From Klebsormidium nitens (lineage: Eukaryota; Plantae; Klebsormidiophyceae): DNA of 64,000 nucleotides. Shown piece by piece: positions 51,570 through 63,788 of this stretch (position 1 is the stretch's first letter; the number at the start of each line of letters is the position of its first letter). The position numbers and the translations under genes are program-made. The stretch covers positions 193,817 to 257,816 of the forward strand of contig DF237006.1 of assembly GCA_000708835.1 (NCBI GenBank), given 5' to 3'. The notes beneath the pieces are model-generated. The model saw nothing but the letters and a program-made list of their open reading frames with translations, was not told the DNA's origin and made no database searches.

Positions 51570-54500
51570 CTAGGCGCAAGTCGGGGGGCTGTTCGAGCCG
51601 CACGCGCCGGGGCAGCAGCGGAACACGGATCCGTCGGAAGAGTAGCACTGCACGGAAGAGCGGAAGGCGATTGATAAGGCTTCGACGCACAATCAGGTCT
51701 GTGGCCGATTGTCCCTCGCGTTCACTAATTCCATTTTTTATTCGATGACATAGACTCGAGCAAAGCCAGAGATCTCGTGAGGTGTCGGGCCCCAACGCAT
51801 TGCGAATGCAATTCAGTCGAAGTGGAACGAGGCGAGCAAACTGGAGCGGGCTCGTGAACGGAATAACGGAACAAGTTGAATGGGAACAAATCCAACGTGT
51901 GAGTCCGGAAACAATCTGCAAAGGATGGAGCTGGGCGAAGGTCGGAAGATCCTCAAGCGGCTCCGATCATAATTCGCTCGATCCGTTCGGAACCATTGGG
52001 CACCGTTGGCGCCGCAAACAAAGTTTTGGCTGCTAGCCAGGCTGATTATCAACCTTGGGTCCCTAATCACTAGTCAACAGACGGGCTTTAACCCTGTTCC
52101 AAAGCTGGCAACCGCCCAATTCTAGATATTGGACTCGTAACCACTTTCCAAGCAGCCCACAAGCAGCGCATACCATCCATGGCTCCGGGCCAAAACGTCC
52201 TGTTCTCCTGTCCGCCCACTCACCGCGTTCGGGGAGTCTCCTGAAGGGTTGCACCCGGGGGATCCCACCGGAGAAAGCCCACCGGTAGAAGCAGGCACAC
52301 CCGGGGTGAGGACGTAGACTGTAAAAAAGAAGCCATCGTACAATTCGCTGCCCACGGAGGTGGGCTCGGCAGACTCCATGAAGTAACCCGACGCGGTTGC
52401 GTACTTGCCAGTGCCCCCGACGATACCGTATGGGTCGGCGTTGGTGGTAAAGGGTGCAAAGGAGCCCTGACGGTGGAAGAACGAGAACGAGCTTCTCAAC
52501 AGAGACCAACACGGCACCAAGTTTTGAGATTCGGCATGAAAGTAGGACTCGTTTCTTGATGCAAGTCGAACAGGAGGGAGTCAGGAAGCTTGCAAGAATG
52601 TCGGGAAAAATTCCCGTCACACTTTTCCCCCTTTCTCCCCCCTTGCACATTTCCTCCTTTCTCCGCCTCAAATTGCCCTGGAATGGCTGAAACCGCAAAC
52701 TGGAAGCGATCCGAAAACTTCTTGGCAGCGTGCTGGGAGAAGAGATCGGTTCATGGAGAATGATTCTGCATCGAGAGTGCTGTTTTCAATAGTGGGTACC
52801 GTTTTTCCAATCTCAAGGGCGCCTTTAACATTACGTGATCAAAATTGTTCAAGGAGTCCGGGTCTGTGTAAGTCAAGCACCGGGGTAACGACCTGGATTA
52901 AGACTGACCCTAGTAAAGAGGGCATCGCTGTAGCCACCCATCGAATCCTTGACGAAGTAGAACGATACGACGCAGTCCAGAACGGGCGGCGGGGGAACTG
53001 TGATTTGGTCCGTTGCTGTGACGTAGCAGAATCCCTGGGAGTAACCTGCGCGCAGGAGGTATGCCTGTTCCTAAGCTGGTCGAACTTCAGCGCCCGCATG
53101 AGTCACTTATGCTCGCAAAATCTGGTGGCGCCGGCAGGGCCCTCGCAAGTATTGGAAGCTCATGACTTGTAGCATGGATAGGCTGGTGGCAAAACAACCT
53201 TTGAAGTAGCGATGCGAACTGCGATTGCGTCCACGTGCAAGTCTCGCACTTTGCTTAAATTTAAAAGATTGAACACTTGATTGGAAGCCACAAAGCCACT
53301 CTGAAAGCCTACGGATCTTCATCCTTCTGCATATGATGATTGGAATTCCTGAAGTGGATCTTGGAACGGCATCCTCATTCAGGAACAGCCTGCTCGACAT
53401 GTTCAATGACCCCCCAAACATGTGTCAGCATTACACATAATGCTCCGCTACCCTCCCCATTACTCGTACTCACGTCCTCTTTCCTTCTTGTGTCCCAGTT
53501 CTTCTTCTCTCTTACTGCCATCTCTTCTCGTTAACGATTTCTTGGTGCATCATCTAAAGTCCCAGCAGAGTCGAAATGGGGGGAATTGTTAACGAAATCC
53601 TTTGAGATAGAGAGAGGAAATTCTTGAGCTTCTCTCGATGTGCTGGCGCAAGTCATCACTCACCAGCCTTGGCTTTCTCGTCGGGCGTGCCGGCCGGAAT
53701 CGAAAAGTAGAAGTCCTGGTTGTAGTGGAACGAGTTCCCAATCGTATAATTCTGGTAGATATTGGAGGTTGAGCCGTGACGAGGGCCCGGGATTTGACCC
53801 CGCCTTACATTGACCTGCCAACAGGATGCACAGCGTAAAAGTCAAGGTCAACTGGAGCTCTTGTTCTGGTTACCCCGGACGACAATTCAGGCTGACGCAA
53901 GGTCTTCTCTTCTTGTTTGTTGTTGGTTCAATGCTTTCAACTAGATGCGGGATGAAGCCAGCTGAATTGAAGAGTGGGAGGACCTGACGACATGCGAAGC
54001 AAGAAAAGTTTGCAGAGGATTCACCTGCAAGACTGTTATCAGCTGCCTTTGATCACTACCAGTAATGCTGCAAGAAGCTTGAATGACCTAGTGTAAGGTA
54101 CAGCCATGCTTTCTAATACGCACATGCAGGAAAGCAAGTTGTTCCTCAGTGCAGAAAGCAACAGTGATGCAAAAGAGTCGACAATACTAGAGCAAAAGAA
54201 AGACTCTAAGTCCAGACACCTTGAACCGGAACCTTATAAGGGTACTGGCAACAGAGTTGGCGCGATCGGCTCACCGTGACCTGTTCCGTGCTCAGCTGAA
54301 CACCTTGGGCCGCCACCTGGCATACCCACATCAAGATGAAAGTGTTTGTTTAACCTGGAAACCGAACACTTTGAGATAATATTGAGGCTCTGATCAGCCC
54401 TCTAGTAAGCAATTGAGGACAATACTGCAGTCTGCTGCAAGCCTTGCATTGTGTGGCGTTTACCCCCTGTCAAATTGGACTTGTTGACGGCTTTGAAAAC

Positions 54501-54806
54501 TAAGATGCACGTCACAAGAAAAGCACAACTTCATGCCGCCCATGTTGTTCTCGCTTTTTCGCAAGCATGCAGGATCCGGCGTTTTACTCACGTGGTGCTT
54601 CATTTGGTCGCTCAGCATCAAATTTTGAATTACAACATGGGCATGAGGTCTCAAGAGAATGTTTTGTGCACTGGGCTCTGTTTATAAGCCTGTAAGGACA
54701 AGCTGGAAGTTTTGAATGTAGGCACTTAGACACTTACCTCAAGGACTGCATGGCAGCCCATCAAAAGGAGCACGAGGAGTGCGACGTCACGTCCTTGACG
54801 CGCCAT
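51570..54806 (-). CDS. Secreted allene-oxide-cyclase/dirigent-like beta-barrel protein with C-terminal 6-Cys module (~239 aa); exons 54738-54806, 54275-54316, 53664-53814, 52909-53045, 52224-52466, 51570-51647
   Basis: Signal peptide MARQGRDVALLVLLLMGCHAVLEVAA; barrel motifs GYSQGFCYV, CVVSFYF, TRGSF and YGIVGGTGKYATASG (dirigent/AOC-type). All six exons are in phase. The last exon (acceptor ccttccgctcttccgtgcag) adds CYSSDGSVFRCCPGACGSNSPPTCA*. The gene is well supported; the last-exon choice is less so. Confidence 0.75.
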
Positions 54807-55511
54807 TGTACTGAGTAGCTCTGATACTAATTATCGTGGAGCAGGTTCAGCAGATCAAGTGGCCAGCAGCTTGAGCTGCCGCGAGACAATGAACACCTAA
54901 ATGGCGCTTGGCGCGTTATGGACAATCGTTTATGGATCGAGCTCCCACGATGAAGAAAACAGCAGCTGCTGAAGTGAAGAGGATTAAATGTTGTGAATTG
55001 AGCACTCTCACCACCAGCGGCTCTAAGTCTGCTCTGAAGTGTCTGATAGGACGCGGTTCGAAGCACCCTTGAGCTTGTTGCACAAATCTCTTCAAGAAAC
55101 GCCCTTCCAAACTTCGATCTGCGACCAAAGTTCGCCTCTGTACCTCGTGTACAGCATTTTATCTATACATTGCTGAATGAAAATCACGCGGATCAGTGCC
55201 TTGGACACCGAAGGCCGTGCACATCACGATACGTCGCAAAAGGCGGGCGACAATGCAGTGAATGGCAAAGCAATATGGTAAATTGGTACTACGGTATACA
55301 TCAAACGTACTACAATCTACGGGTGAATATGACATCACGTATCAGCTGTGCAGTGCGCGCACATGGGACTAGGGACTCGGGAGACGTCACCGCATCGCAG
55401 AATTCCGCCCATGATGATGCACACCTGATGCACAAAGAGAAGCTGCAGTGGCAGTGTGCACCAGCCAGATGCCAGTATTACAGTGACAGTGCACACTGCA
55501 CACCACCAGTG

Positions 55512-55624
55512 CACTTGTACGGATCCTTGAGTACGGCATTGCGGGCGGTCGTGGATGGATTCCCGGCTCCGGCAATTGTCGCTGGTGACGAGTCCGGAGT
55601 CCGGATCCGAGGTCCGTACAAGTG
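55512..55624. repeat. 113-bp segment bounded by 12-bp perfect inverted repeats
   Basis: cacttgtacgga (55512-55523) ... tccgtacaagtg (55613-55624). No target-site duplication seen. Confidence 0.55.
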
Positions 55625-55945
55625 ACCGGTACAAGATAGCACTTCGGATACCTGATCGGATTTGACAATTTGTTGAGCAATTTTGCTGCCCCAACGGGTG
55701 GGGTTAGCCTAGGGGTTTAGGGTGGGTACGGGAGCGAAGCAGGTAAAAGTTACGGTCAAGTTTACCTGGTTACTTGAGAGCTTGATTTAATTCCTGACTC
55801 TTCCAGTAAAAGGTTAGAACATCATTCGCGACATTGACCGTTTAATTGTGAATGATCATGATCACTCCAGCTCAGTACCGTACATGCCACAGAGTACCAT
55901 AGGTACCTAGAAATTAAAGTACCAGTGTCCATGAGCAGATTCGTG

Positions 55946-55969
55946 TCAAGACTCAAGACTCAAGACTCA
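55946..55969 (+). repeat. Short tandem repeat (TCAAGAC) x3.4
   Basis: tcaagactcaagactcaagactca. Confidence 0.85.
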
Positions 55970-57521
55970 CGCGGCACCTGCACCTATGGGCCCCGGGGGA
56001 CAGGTAGGGTTGGTCCGTGTTGGTCCGTGGGTTAGATTGGGTACGTACGAGTACGAGCCCTGTCAATCTTGGGTTTGGGTTCTTTGGTTCGATTTTGTGT
56101 CTTCGTTCCGAGCAAGAGTCCTCAATTGACGTACATGCTCTTGTTGCTCTCTGGATAGGCAGTCAACCTGAATCAAGTGCAGACGTAGGTATGCGGCATC
56201 TGGTCAAGGTCTTAGTACCGCCCAGTGCCTAGTACCTAGTCGTGCCGTAGTCTGGGCACATGTCAAGGTTGCCTGTCCGACTACATGTTTTCAATGCTTT
56301 GCAGCACTGACAGAAGACTCGCGCAAGCAAGGAGGGAGTGGAATCACGAGCGCGGCCTGGCGAACAAGTTCGGAGCGGGGTTTGGGACTTAGCTGCGGCG
56401 CGGGCAGTGTCCAGGCAGCCATCGTGGGCACTCACTACTTGCGCTATAGAACATTTGGGGGGCGCTCAGTGTGCGCTCAGCCGCGGCACCCGCATTGCCA
56501 GCGACCGCAGTGCCCAGCTGCAGGTGCTGCTTGAGCACCTCAGCGCGGCCAATTGAGGGCCCAGAGAAGAGTATGTTGAATTAGAGTAAGGGTAAGATTC
56601 GAGTCATAGGCCTCTCGCCTTTCTAGTGTCTGGAGTTCATCATTGCCACGTAGCATTGATCAGAGCCTTTTAGTTGTGACATGCTAACCGTTCGCTGGCG
56701 TTCTTCAGTACTCACATGCTTTTATACCGTGGACACCACCCATACCCGTGCCTTTTGAGTTTCATATCATGTTGTCCGCTAATGAGTCCGTCACCAATTT
56801 AATTGGAACAAAAAGGACACTATTTTTATTTTGTCGTCGAAAGGTCACTATTGTCACATGAAAACTTCGTGTACTCGGGCGTGACTTCATTACTTAGGGC
56901 GTCTTTGGTGCCTCCTTTGTGGTGTCGCACTGATGGTAAATTGCCGCCTAGTTGGTGCGCACCGATGCGGCTCCTTTGAGGCGTTGTGATTCGTCGAGGG
57001 AATGGATTTTGTGACATTAAAATCTAGTAATAGTATTATCAGTGACTGCCGGCCAGACCGTCACGTTGTGTTGTACGAAACATGTATGCGCGCACGCCCA
57101 GAAAGGCCTCAGTGATGGCAGCTGACTTGACCACCAAAAAGTTCATCCACCAGATTGTGCAAAGTCAAGCTTTTTGAAGGTCCGCAGGAGGACCGCATCA
57201 GAGGGCCAGTCCGCATGTCTTTGCAACACAGGTTTTGACGTTGAAGCCACCCTGAAAAAGTCACCGAACCATGCCTATGGTAGGACATCCAGATTGAGCT
57301 GCTGAGAATGACCTCCTTCTGAGAGGCCGGGTACAAAAGCACTCCAAAAAACAGCGAGTCACTGGACGAGACCAAAGACGGCAATGTAACTCTCTAACGG
57401 GCTGATGGGGCGGCCGGGTCTCGTGCCTCCGTACAACGGGGCAAGATCGAAAGTCTTCGTGGATTCTTCACCCTCAAATGGGACCTTGAAACCCGTCCCC
57501 TCTGGCCCAAAGCGCGCAGGG

Positions 57522-60448
57522 TCAAACGTAAGCAAAGCGTTGGAGGTGGCAAAACGAGTGGAGCGCCTCTCTCTCCCGGGCATTGCTCGCAAGTATTGCC
57601 TTGAACGGCCGCATCACCGGAGGCAGGAGCATGTTGCAGCGCGGGTCGTGCGCGAGCACCTTACCGCAAGCACTGGAAACGTGAAAGTAAGGCCGAGTTA
57701 AGAGTCCGCAAAAGATTGCCCTCAACTTTACCCCCCGGTTTTACGGACTTTCACAAGGGTTATCAGCGGATTAGCACGTGCCCACGCTGGCTTCATCAAG
57801 TCCCAGAGGGCGACCCCACAGGTCGGGCGCAGGAGAATTGAAGGCACTTCTTCCATACTTTATTGTCAAGTCTGATGGGATGCACAATTCGAGCGGAAGG
57901 AACTTGTCAAGATTCGCCGTGTTTTCCTCTCAGGAAACCTGGAGTTACGAGAAGCTGCCGTTGAAAAAGACTAGTTGTCAAATAGACAGGCAACGATCCA
58001 AAATACTCAAGATCCGGTCAGAGTTCGTCGACCGACTGAGGTTCGGCCACCCTTTTTCAAGTACGAAACGGTTCAAGTACCCTGTGTCCTTCTTTCCATC
58101 TTTTCCCCGTCAGATTAGAAAGAGACGATTGTGTCTCGAGTGCCACAGGGAAGCGGGCCGCTGAGAAGTTTTGCAGGAGACGAGTTAAACACGAGCTGCC
58201 GCTTGAGACTCACTTGCAGCGTTGTGTAAAGAGACTCCTGTAGCTGGCCAGCCAGACCTGCACACGAGTCAGCCACGATACGATTATGATCCTTTTCGCG
58301 ACATCTCAACGAGGTGGTCTAGGTGTGAATATTGCCCCGCATCAATTGGCAGAATCCCGACCAGTTCTGCAAACGGGCGTCACCAGAAACGTTCTCAAAC
58401 AGAGCTTTTCCTGGCGCCTTCAGTGCGGTTGCACTAACCGAACCGCTCTGAAGTGAAATTGCAAGCGCCACCAGATCAAGATGTCCTTCAGAACAGATGT
58501 GACGAAAAGTGACAGCCCCAGGCGACCTCCGTAGGCGATCAGGCGGCTGCTCACCAAGAATCGTTCCAAGGCGGTTTCTGGACGTTGGGACTTGAAGTGA
58601 AAGAGAGCACTCGTGGCAATGTTCTGCAGCAGAGGGGAGGGATCAGTCCGATATGGTACGTAAGATTGAACTTTCTGTTTGCGCATGCCCTGCAACTTGC
58701 TTCGGAATGCAGCAGGCTGAAAAGAGCAGGCATTGGCATGCCAGATTGCTACACCCCAGTTGTTGTGCAGTTTCTTGCTCTAAAGTCTCATCTCGTCGGG
58801 AGACGGGAACAACAAATGGAGTGTTAATAGATACCTCGAGAAACTCTCGTACCCTCAAAGATTCTCGAGAAGACCCATCGGCACAAGTTGGAAAGAGCTT
58901 GCAATTCACGAAGTTAAAAAGTCGAAAGTGAAGTGAAACTCGTCCACTTTTGACCCCTACCTGACCTTCAAACTTGCCTGATCCACTCGAGGGGAAGAGA
59001 TCAGAAAAGGGTGATTTCACTGGAAATGGCTCAGCGAAAACTCACCGTCACGTCTTGAAAAACGTTGTGACCTGCCCGAGTATGATGCGCAGTTGCCTAC
59101 AAGAAAGTCATGATGGCTCTTATGTCTCAGCATTGAAATAGACACGGTCTAGGTCCGCAACTCAGCCTTCCACCACACGAGCTATAAGTCTAAAAGACTC
59201 TGAGAAACTGCAATAGGAAACACACGTGATGCAAGCAACCTTGTTGCATCGACTCAAAGTCTTGGCGGTGAAGATATAGCTCTTTTTCATGGTTTCAAAG
59301 TCCACCGGCAGAAATAGTCAGACTGCTCCGAGCACCTGCGTAGCCTCTGTCACAGAGACGGTTGTCGCCTGCCCCTCTTTTGAGACCCCAAGTGTGGCAC
59401 GCAGCACCCCTGGAAGCAGGCATCGTAGAGAGGCCGGCCGCTCCTCAAATACCCCCCCCTTCCCCTCTCCCTCATCTGAACCCCCCACCGCAGACCCTCC
59501 CCCTGAACTGTGCCAAAGCACCTTTCCAGTCTCGCCGACCAGTTCCATCTCCATCCACCCCGCCACCTTTTGCACCCGCTCTAGCTGCTCAATTTTCGAA
59601 TTGTCTCGAGCTGGCTCTTCACCTTCGAGCACCCCATTCTCCCTCAGTAGTTGCAAAACCCCGGAGACTCTGTCCGGATCTGCGGCGCTCAGGCCCTTCA
59701 TGACTTTGTCGATCTCCCACACGGTCTCCCGGTCATCCTCAAACCGCTGTCTCAATTGCAGGTGCACCTTCCGCAGCGCCGCTTGCACATTGTCCAACTC
59801 ATCCTTTGCCTTTCTCTCCGCAACTAGAGCGTCCCATTCCCGTGCCGCAAACTCCCCGTCTGGCTCTGCTTTAGCGCCCCCCACGGTGCTGGGCAGAAAC
59901 GAAACCCCCGCTTCTGTGAGCTCCCTCCCAAGCCCCGCTAGCTCCGCCAATGCAGCCTCCACTTTGCTGATGACAAGCGACACGGGCGTGACCTCAGCAT
60001 CATCCTCCGTGCTGACATCAGCCTGTTCGGGCTGCTTATTTTCTTCCGCGCTTGCAATTCTGGCTCGTTTGACAGCTGTCGCGTCGTCCAACAAACTTAA
60101 AGCCCTCTTCCGACCACTGCCAGGTGGCTCTTTCACGAGAGGGCCAGCTGGCGTTGATGTCATCCGGGCGGTCTCTCGCAGTGCGGCTATCAGATCCTCA
60201 GCGCCCTTCCGCACCTCAGAGATGAGTTTGTCCGCTTGATCTAACTTTGACAAGGTGACCTCTCTTGAAAGTGCTTTCTCGACAGGTGGCGCACCATCGT
60301 CGGAGGGCTTTCCGTCCTGGCCTGGGGAGCTGTAAAGAAGGCCTGGAGAGTGCATTAAGACATCCATCGACGGGAGGGGTGACATAGGAGGGAAGGGGGT
60401 GGATATCCCAGGGGTTCTAATGGAGGGCCCTGCAGATTGGTCAGCCAT
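57522..60448 (-). CDS. MED27: Mediator complex subunit 27; exons 59336-60448, probably one unresolved small exon, 59046-59071, 58555-58623, 58214-58257, 57522-57672
   Basis: TLSKLDQADKLISEVRKGAEDLIAAL and LAGLGRELTEAGV match plant MED27 N-terminal helices as I recall them (MERLNQAARVIADIRLGADRILEAM; LRLIGKKLEESGV). The C-terminus HNVFQDVT-NIATSALFHF...LERFLVWLASYRSLFTQRCNACGKVLAHDP...LLPPVMRPF...ALHSFC carries the MED27 CxxC...HxxC zinc site. Confidence 0.87.
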
Positions 60449-61154
60449 TCTGGAAATCTGGTTGGAACAGTTAAGGATACCCAAGCAAAGTTGCAAATTG
60501 AAGAGCCAGTCGAACACTGTCACCACCTCCTGATACTTTCCACCCCCATACCAGCTGTTTCTTGCCTCTAGGACAGCCACATCAGGTCCGATTGCCCTTC
60601 TCATGCCCAGACAAGGAAAGAAGGAGAAAAATGTGCGACCTTCAGGCTTCAAGTTCAGGTCCCTGTTGAACTCTGCAACTTGCAAGCAGAATGACAATTG
60701 GCGGCAGCATGCATTTCCTTTGAATATCCAGCAATTTTCGCTCCCAACAGCCAGAATGGTCGCCGCAAACACCTGACACACAAGCGCCGTCGCCAGAACC
60801 GGCATGTGGAGGACTTGGACGAGTTTTAACTTGAGAGTCAACGTCCTCGGTCTCATTAATATTGTCATTGAAGAGAACTGCCCCTGCTAAAACGGTATGA
60901 CGGTTCAAGATGCCAGGCTCCTATTGCGGCCGCAAGCAAAATGCCCTCTGAATTCAACTTGAACGCTCGGACTGAGGATGCTGTCCTTGGCCTCAGGCTT
61001 GGGCACATTTGGAAAACTCTTGAGCTTTCAGGCAAGAATGGTTAGTCTTACATTATAGGAGAGCTGTTGTCAAGCTGGCTGCTGACCAAAGATGCTCACA
61101 TTCTGGCACTAGGATCTTCGAGCGGTCCCGAAAAGGACGGCCGCCCGCTGCGGT

Positions 61155-63788
61155 ATGGCATCAGCGAATGCGCTCTTCTGTACTGGCCACGAGGAGGGTT
61201 GCTTTATGAGCAAGGGACATGACGCGCAGAGAAGGGAGCAGATCGAAGCCAGACTGGGATTCTGCCTTAGGCGATGCTGGCCCTTGCATCGCAGCACCGC
61301 ACCCGGGACCTCCTGCAGGACTGGCCGGCTCCAAAGCCGCTGCAATGCAGGCTCACAGGTCTTCAACCGAGGGGGAAAAGCAGCTGAGCAATTATCGAGT
61401 GGACTTTTTAAGCAATATGACAGAGACTCACGGAAGAAAAGGAGTGGTACTGTGTCTGCTTCTGTTGATGCATTTGGAGCTGACGACAGTGGGGAGGAGA
61501 CGAAGGGGGGCAGCGTGAGAGGGACTAGGCAGAGGGCAGCCAAGAGGGGAGTGCAGAGCAGTGCGAGGGAGGAATACAAGGCCAGAATGACAGCAGCACT
61601 GGATGCCGAGCTGGTGAGTCCAATCAGAAGCTGCCAGCTCTCCAATTGGGTGTGTGTTTGTTGAACAGATATGGCTTTTGAGATGTTCTTTGCTTATGTT
61701 GCACTGGGCGCACATAGAAGCCTACGACACAGGCTTCATGTGTCGGCCCCTGAGTTGCGGAGTGGCAAAAGTAGATGGATGATTCAACTGTGATGAATGA
61801 ATCTAATGGGGAGACGTTTTGCTGGAAAGTGAAGCCCTCCTGGAGGGCAACGTCCTTGGCACACTGACACCTGGCCGACGCAAAAGCCCCCATGGATTCT
61901 GGTTGAAAGAGGATCCGATCAATTTGGTCAGATCTGATTGACTTCCTCATTCTCTCGTGAACTTTGACTTCTGACAGGTAGTAGTCAAGTTAGGTGCTCC
62001 GTCTCCTTCAAGTTAGCACTGTTTCAGTCTTTCGGATTCCAGCCCGCATATCGCTCTGCGGGGAAGACATGTCCAAGCATCTACGGCTTGGACTCAAGCC
62101 TTACTTGATACATACCTCAAACCCATCTTGAAGCTGGTATAGATTAGGAGAGCGCAATTCTTACTCTTCTTGATCCGGCAGGTCGACATATTCGTGAGAC
62201 CGGTAGCTGTAACTCGCCCCTCCGAGAGGAGAGTTTTACATAACCAATAATTAGGCTCTTCTTCGTCTCTAACCTGCACGTCTAAACCTGCCTCGCGATT
62301 TGCAGGACCAACCTGCATCCCTCCAGCCTAAACGCTTGTTGAAACCCCTGTGATTGCAGAAAGAAGAGATGGCAGCCTTTGAGAAGCGCATCAAGGAATG
62401 GACCCCGTCCCAGCTGGCTGAGCAGGGTTACGCCCTTTTCGGATTAGTCGCCAAACCCGACGGTTACCTGTTCAGGGAGCGGATCTTCCGCTTTGCCAAC
62501 CCTGTAGGGGACGGGCTCTTGCCTTCCCAGCACCAGTTTACTCAGGTGGGCGAATGCAGACGCGCTTTCTAAATGCATCCAAAGTCTTTGGCATTTGCAT
62601 ACAGCTGCTCTCGACAAACCCCCTAGTTCCCGTGAAGAAATATATGATGGAGTTTAGAGATTCAGTTGCTGAGAGAAGCACACTAGCTTAGTTGACACAA
62701 GTTTTAGGGGAGGGGTCGAAAAGAGGTGTAAACGGTTTGACTCTGAGAAATATCTACAGTCTCATCATGTCGTTTTTCTTCCAAGTCCCTTCCTGCAGTC
62801 TTCACGACCCAGATAAGCAGCGCTTTTACCAATTCTGATTCCTCTCATGACGGCCGAACTATACTTTGCGCTTGAAGCAAACCCTGCAAGATTTGAAAGT
62901 GATCACCAAGCAGGACACAAGAGCAGGAACAAAGTCACATTTGCTCAGTGAAGGCAGACACCGGCCTGTTCAACGAGGAATAGAACTCGTTGTATGTGAT
63001 GAATGAAGCCTCTTTTGTTGTTAGGAACATCGCCACAGGGCGCTGAGCCAAGGTTATGCTGAAGTCCGCTCGTTTCTGCGCAGGGGGACATAGCGCGAAT
63101 CAGCGTCGGGGGCCCCTCCATTTTCGAAGATGGGGATGCCATCGAGGGCGTCGTGCTGGAAAGAGCACGAAGGTCAGTCGTTACGCAATTACAGAGCCCC
63201 CTGGTTCCCGTCTTGGATATTGTCGTGTCTGCCAATGGTCCCCACGTGTGCCGAAGTAAGAAGAACCGTACTTGCAAGTTTCTGCAACCCTGTGATGCAA
63301 GTCTTTGGCCAAGTCTTTACCCACGCTTCTGCAGAACCGAGGCAATCTAAAAATTCTTGCTTTTGGTTTCGTGCCTGGAACGGAGCTCGGAAAGCTCCGA
63401 TATGGAGCCAGCAGGAAAGGAAGATATGTAATGCAAGGCAACTCTGAATAGGAGTCGAGGAGAGAAATGAGTTTCGCTACGGAGAACGACAAAAGCACCT
63501 AAGGTGCAAGTCTGCTTCTCGAGTGCAGTCAGGTCGCTGTGTTGAAAAGGTGACGGCACACTTTTGGCGTTTATCCGTTGCGCTAGTCTGACGCCAACCT
63601 CCCGACAACACAAAAGAACCTCTGCACACAAAATTCATACAGGTACTTGCGCCTGGTGTTGCCGGTACGTACCGCCTCGGAGCTGGACCTCACGAAGCAG
63701 TACCGGCTCGACCTGTCCGCAAACCAGGTGGCGTATGAGAGGGCCGTTGCGGCGCTCGAGGCGTTTGCGTCTAGCTCGGGCGATCCAG
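61155..63788 (+). CDS. UPF1-like SF1B helicase, IGHMBP2/SMUBP-2 type, N-terminal part only (continues beyond window); exons 61155-61613, 62360-62545, 63084-63172, 63643-63788
   Basis: AALDAELKEEMAAFEKRIKEWTPSQLAEQGYALFGL...LPSQHQFTQGDIARIS...IEGVVLERARRYLRLVL...YRLDLSANQVAYERAVAAL resembles the 1B-barrel region preceding helicase motif I in IGHMBP2/DNA2-NAM7 proteins. The Walker motifs are not in the window, and the start codon is tentative. Confidence 0.75.

Noticed and set aside
52063-52104. Alternative last exon (LWNRVKARLLTSD*) for the AOC/dirigent-like gene
   Set aside because: It is in phase but has a purine-rich, weak acceptor and leaves an unpaired Cys. The 51647 acceptor is stronger and completes six Cys. 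It could still be a minor isoform.
57359-57592. Protein-like ORF containing FDPARFGPEG, reminiscent of the P450 PERF motif
   Set aside because: It overlaps the MED27 last exon in another frame and runs into its 3' UTR. No other P450 motif or exon is nearby.
59289-60239. 316-aa Ser-rich ORF on the plus strand
   Set aside because: Antisense shadow of the long MED27 exon 1.
60449-60868. 140-codon N-terminal extension of the MED27 ORF from ATG 60868
   Set aside because: No MED27 similarity and an intron-like composition. A good acceptor (tttccag) sits just before ATG 60448, suggesting a 5'-UTR intron.
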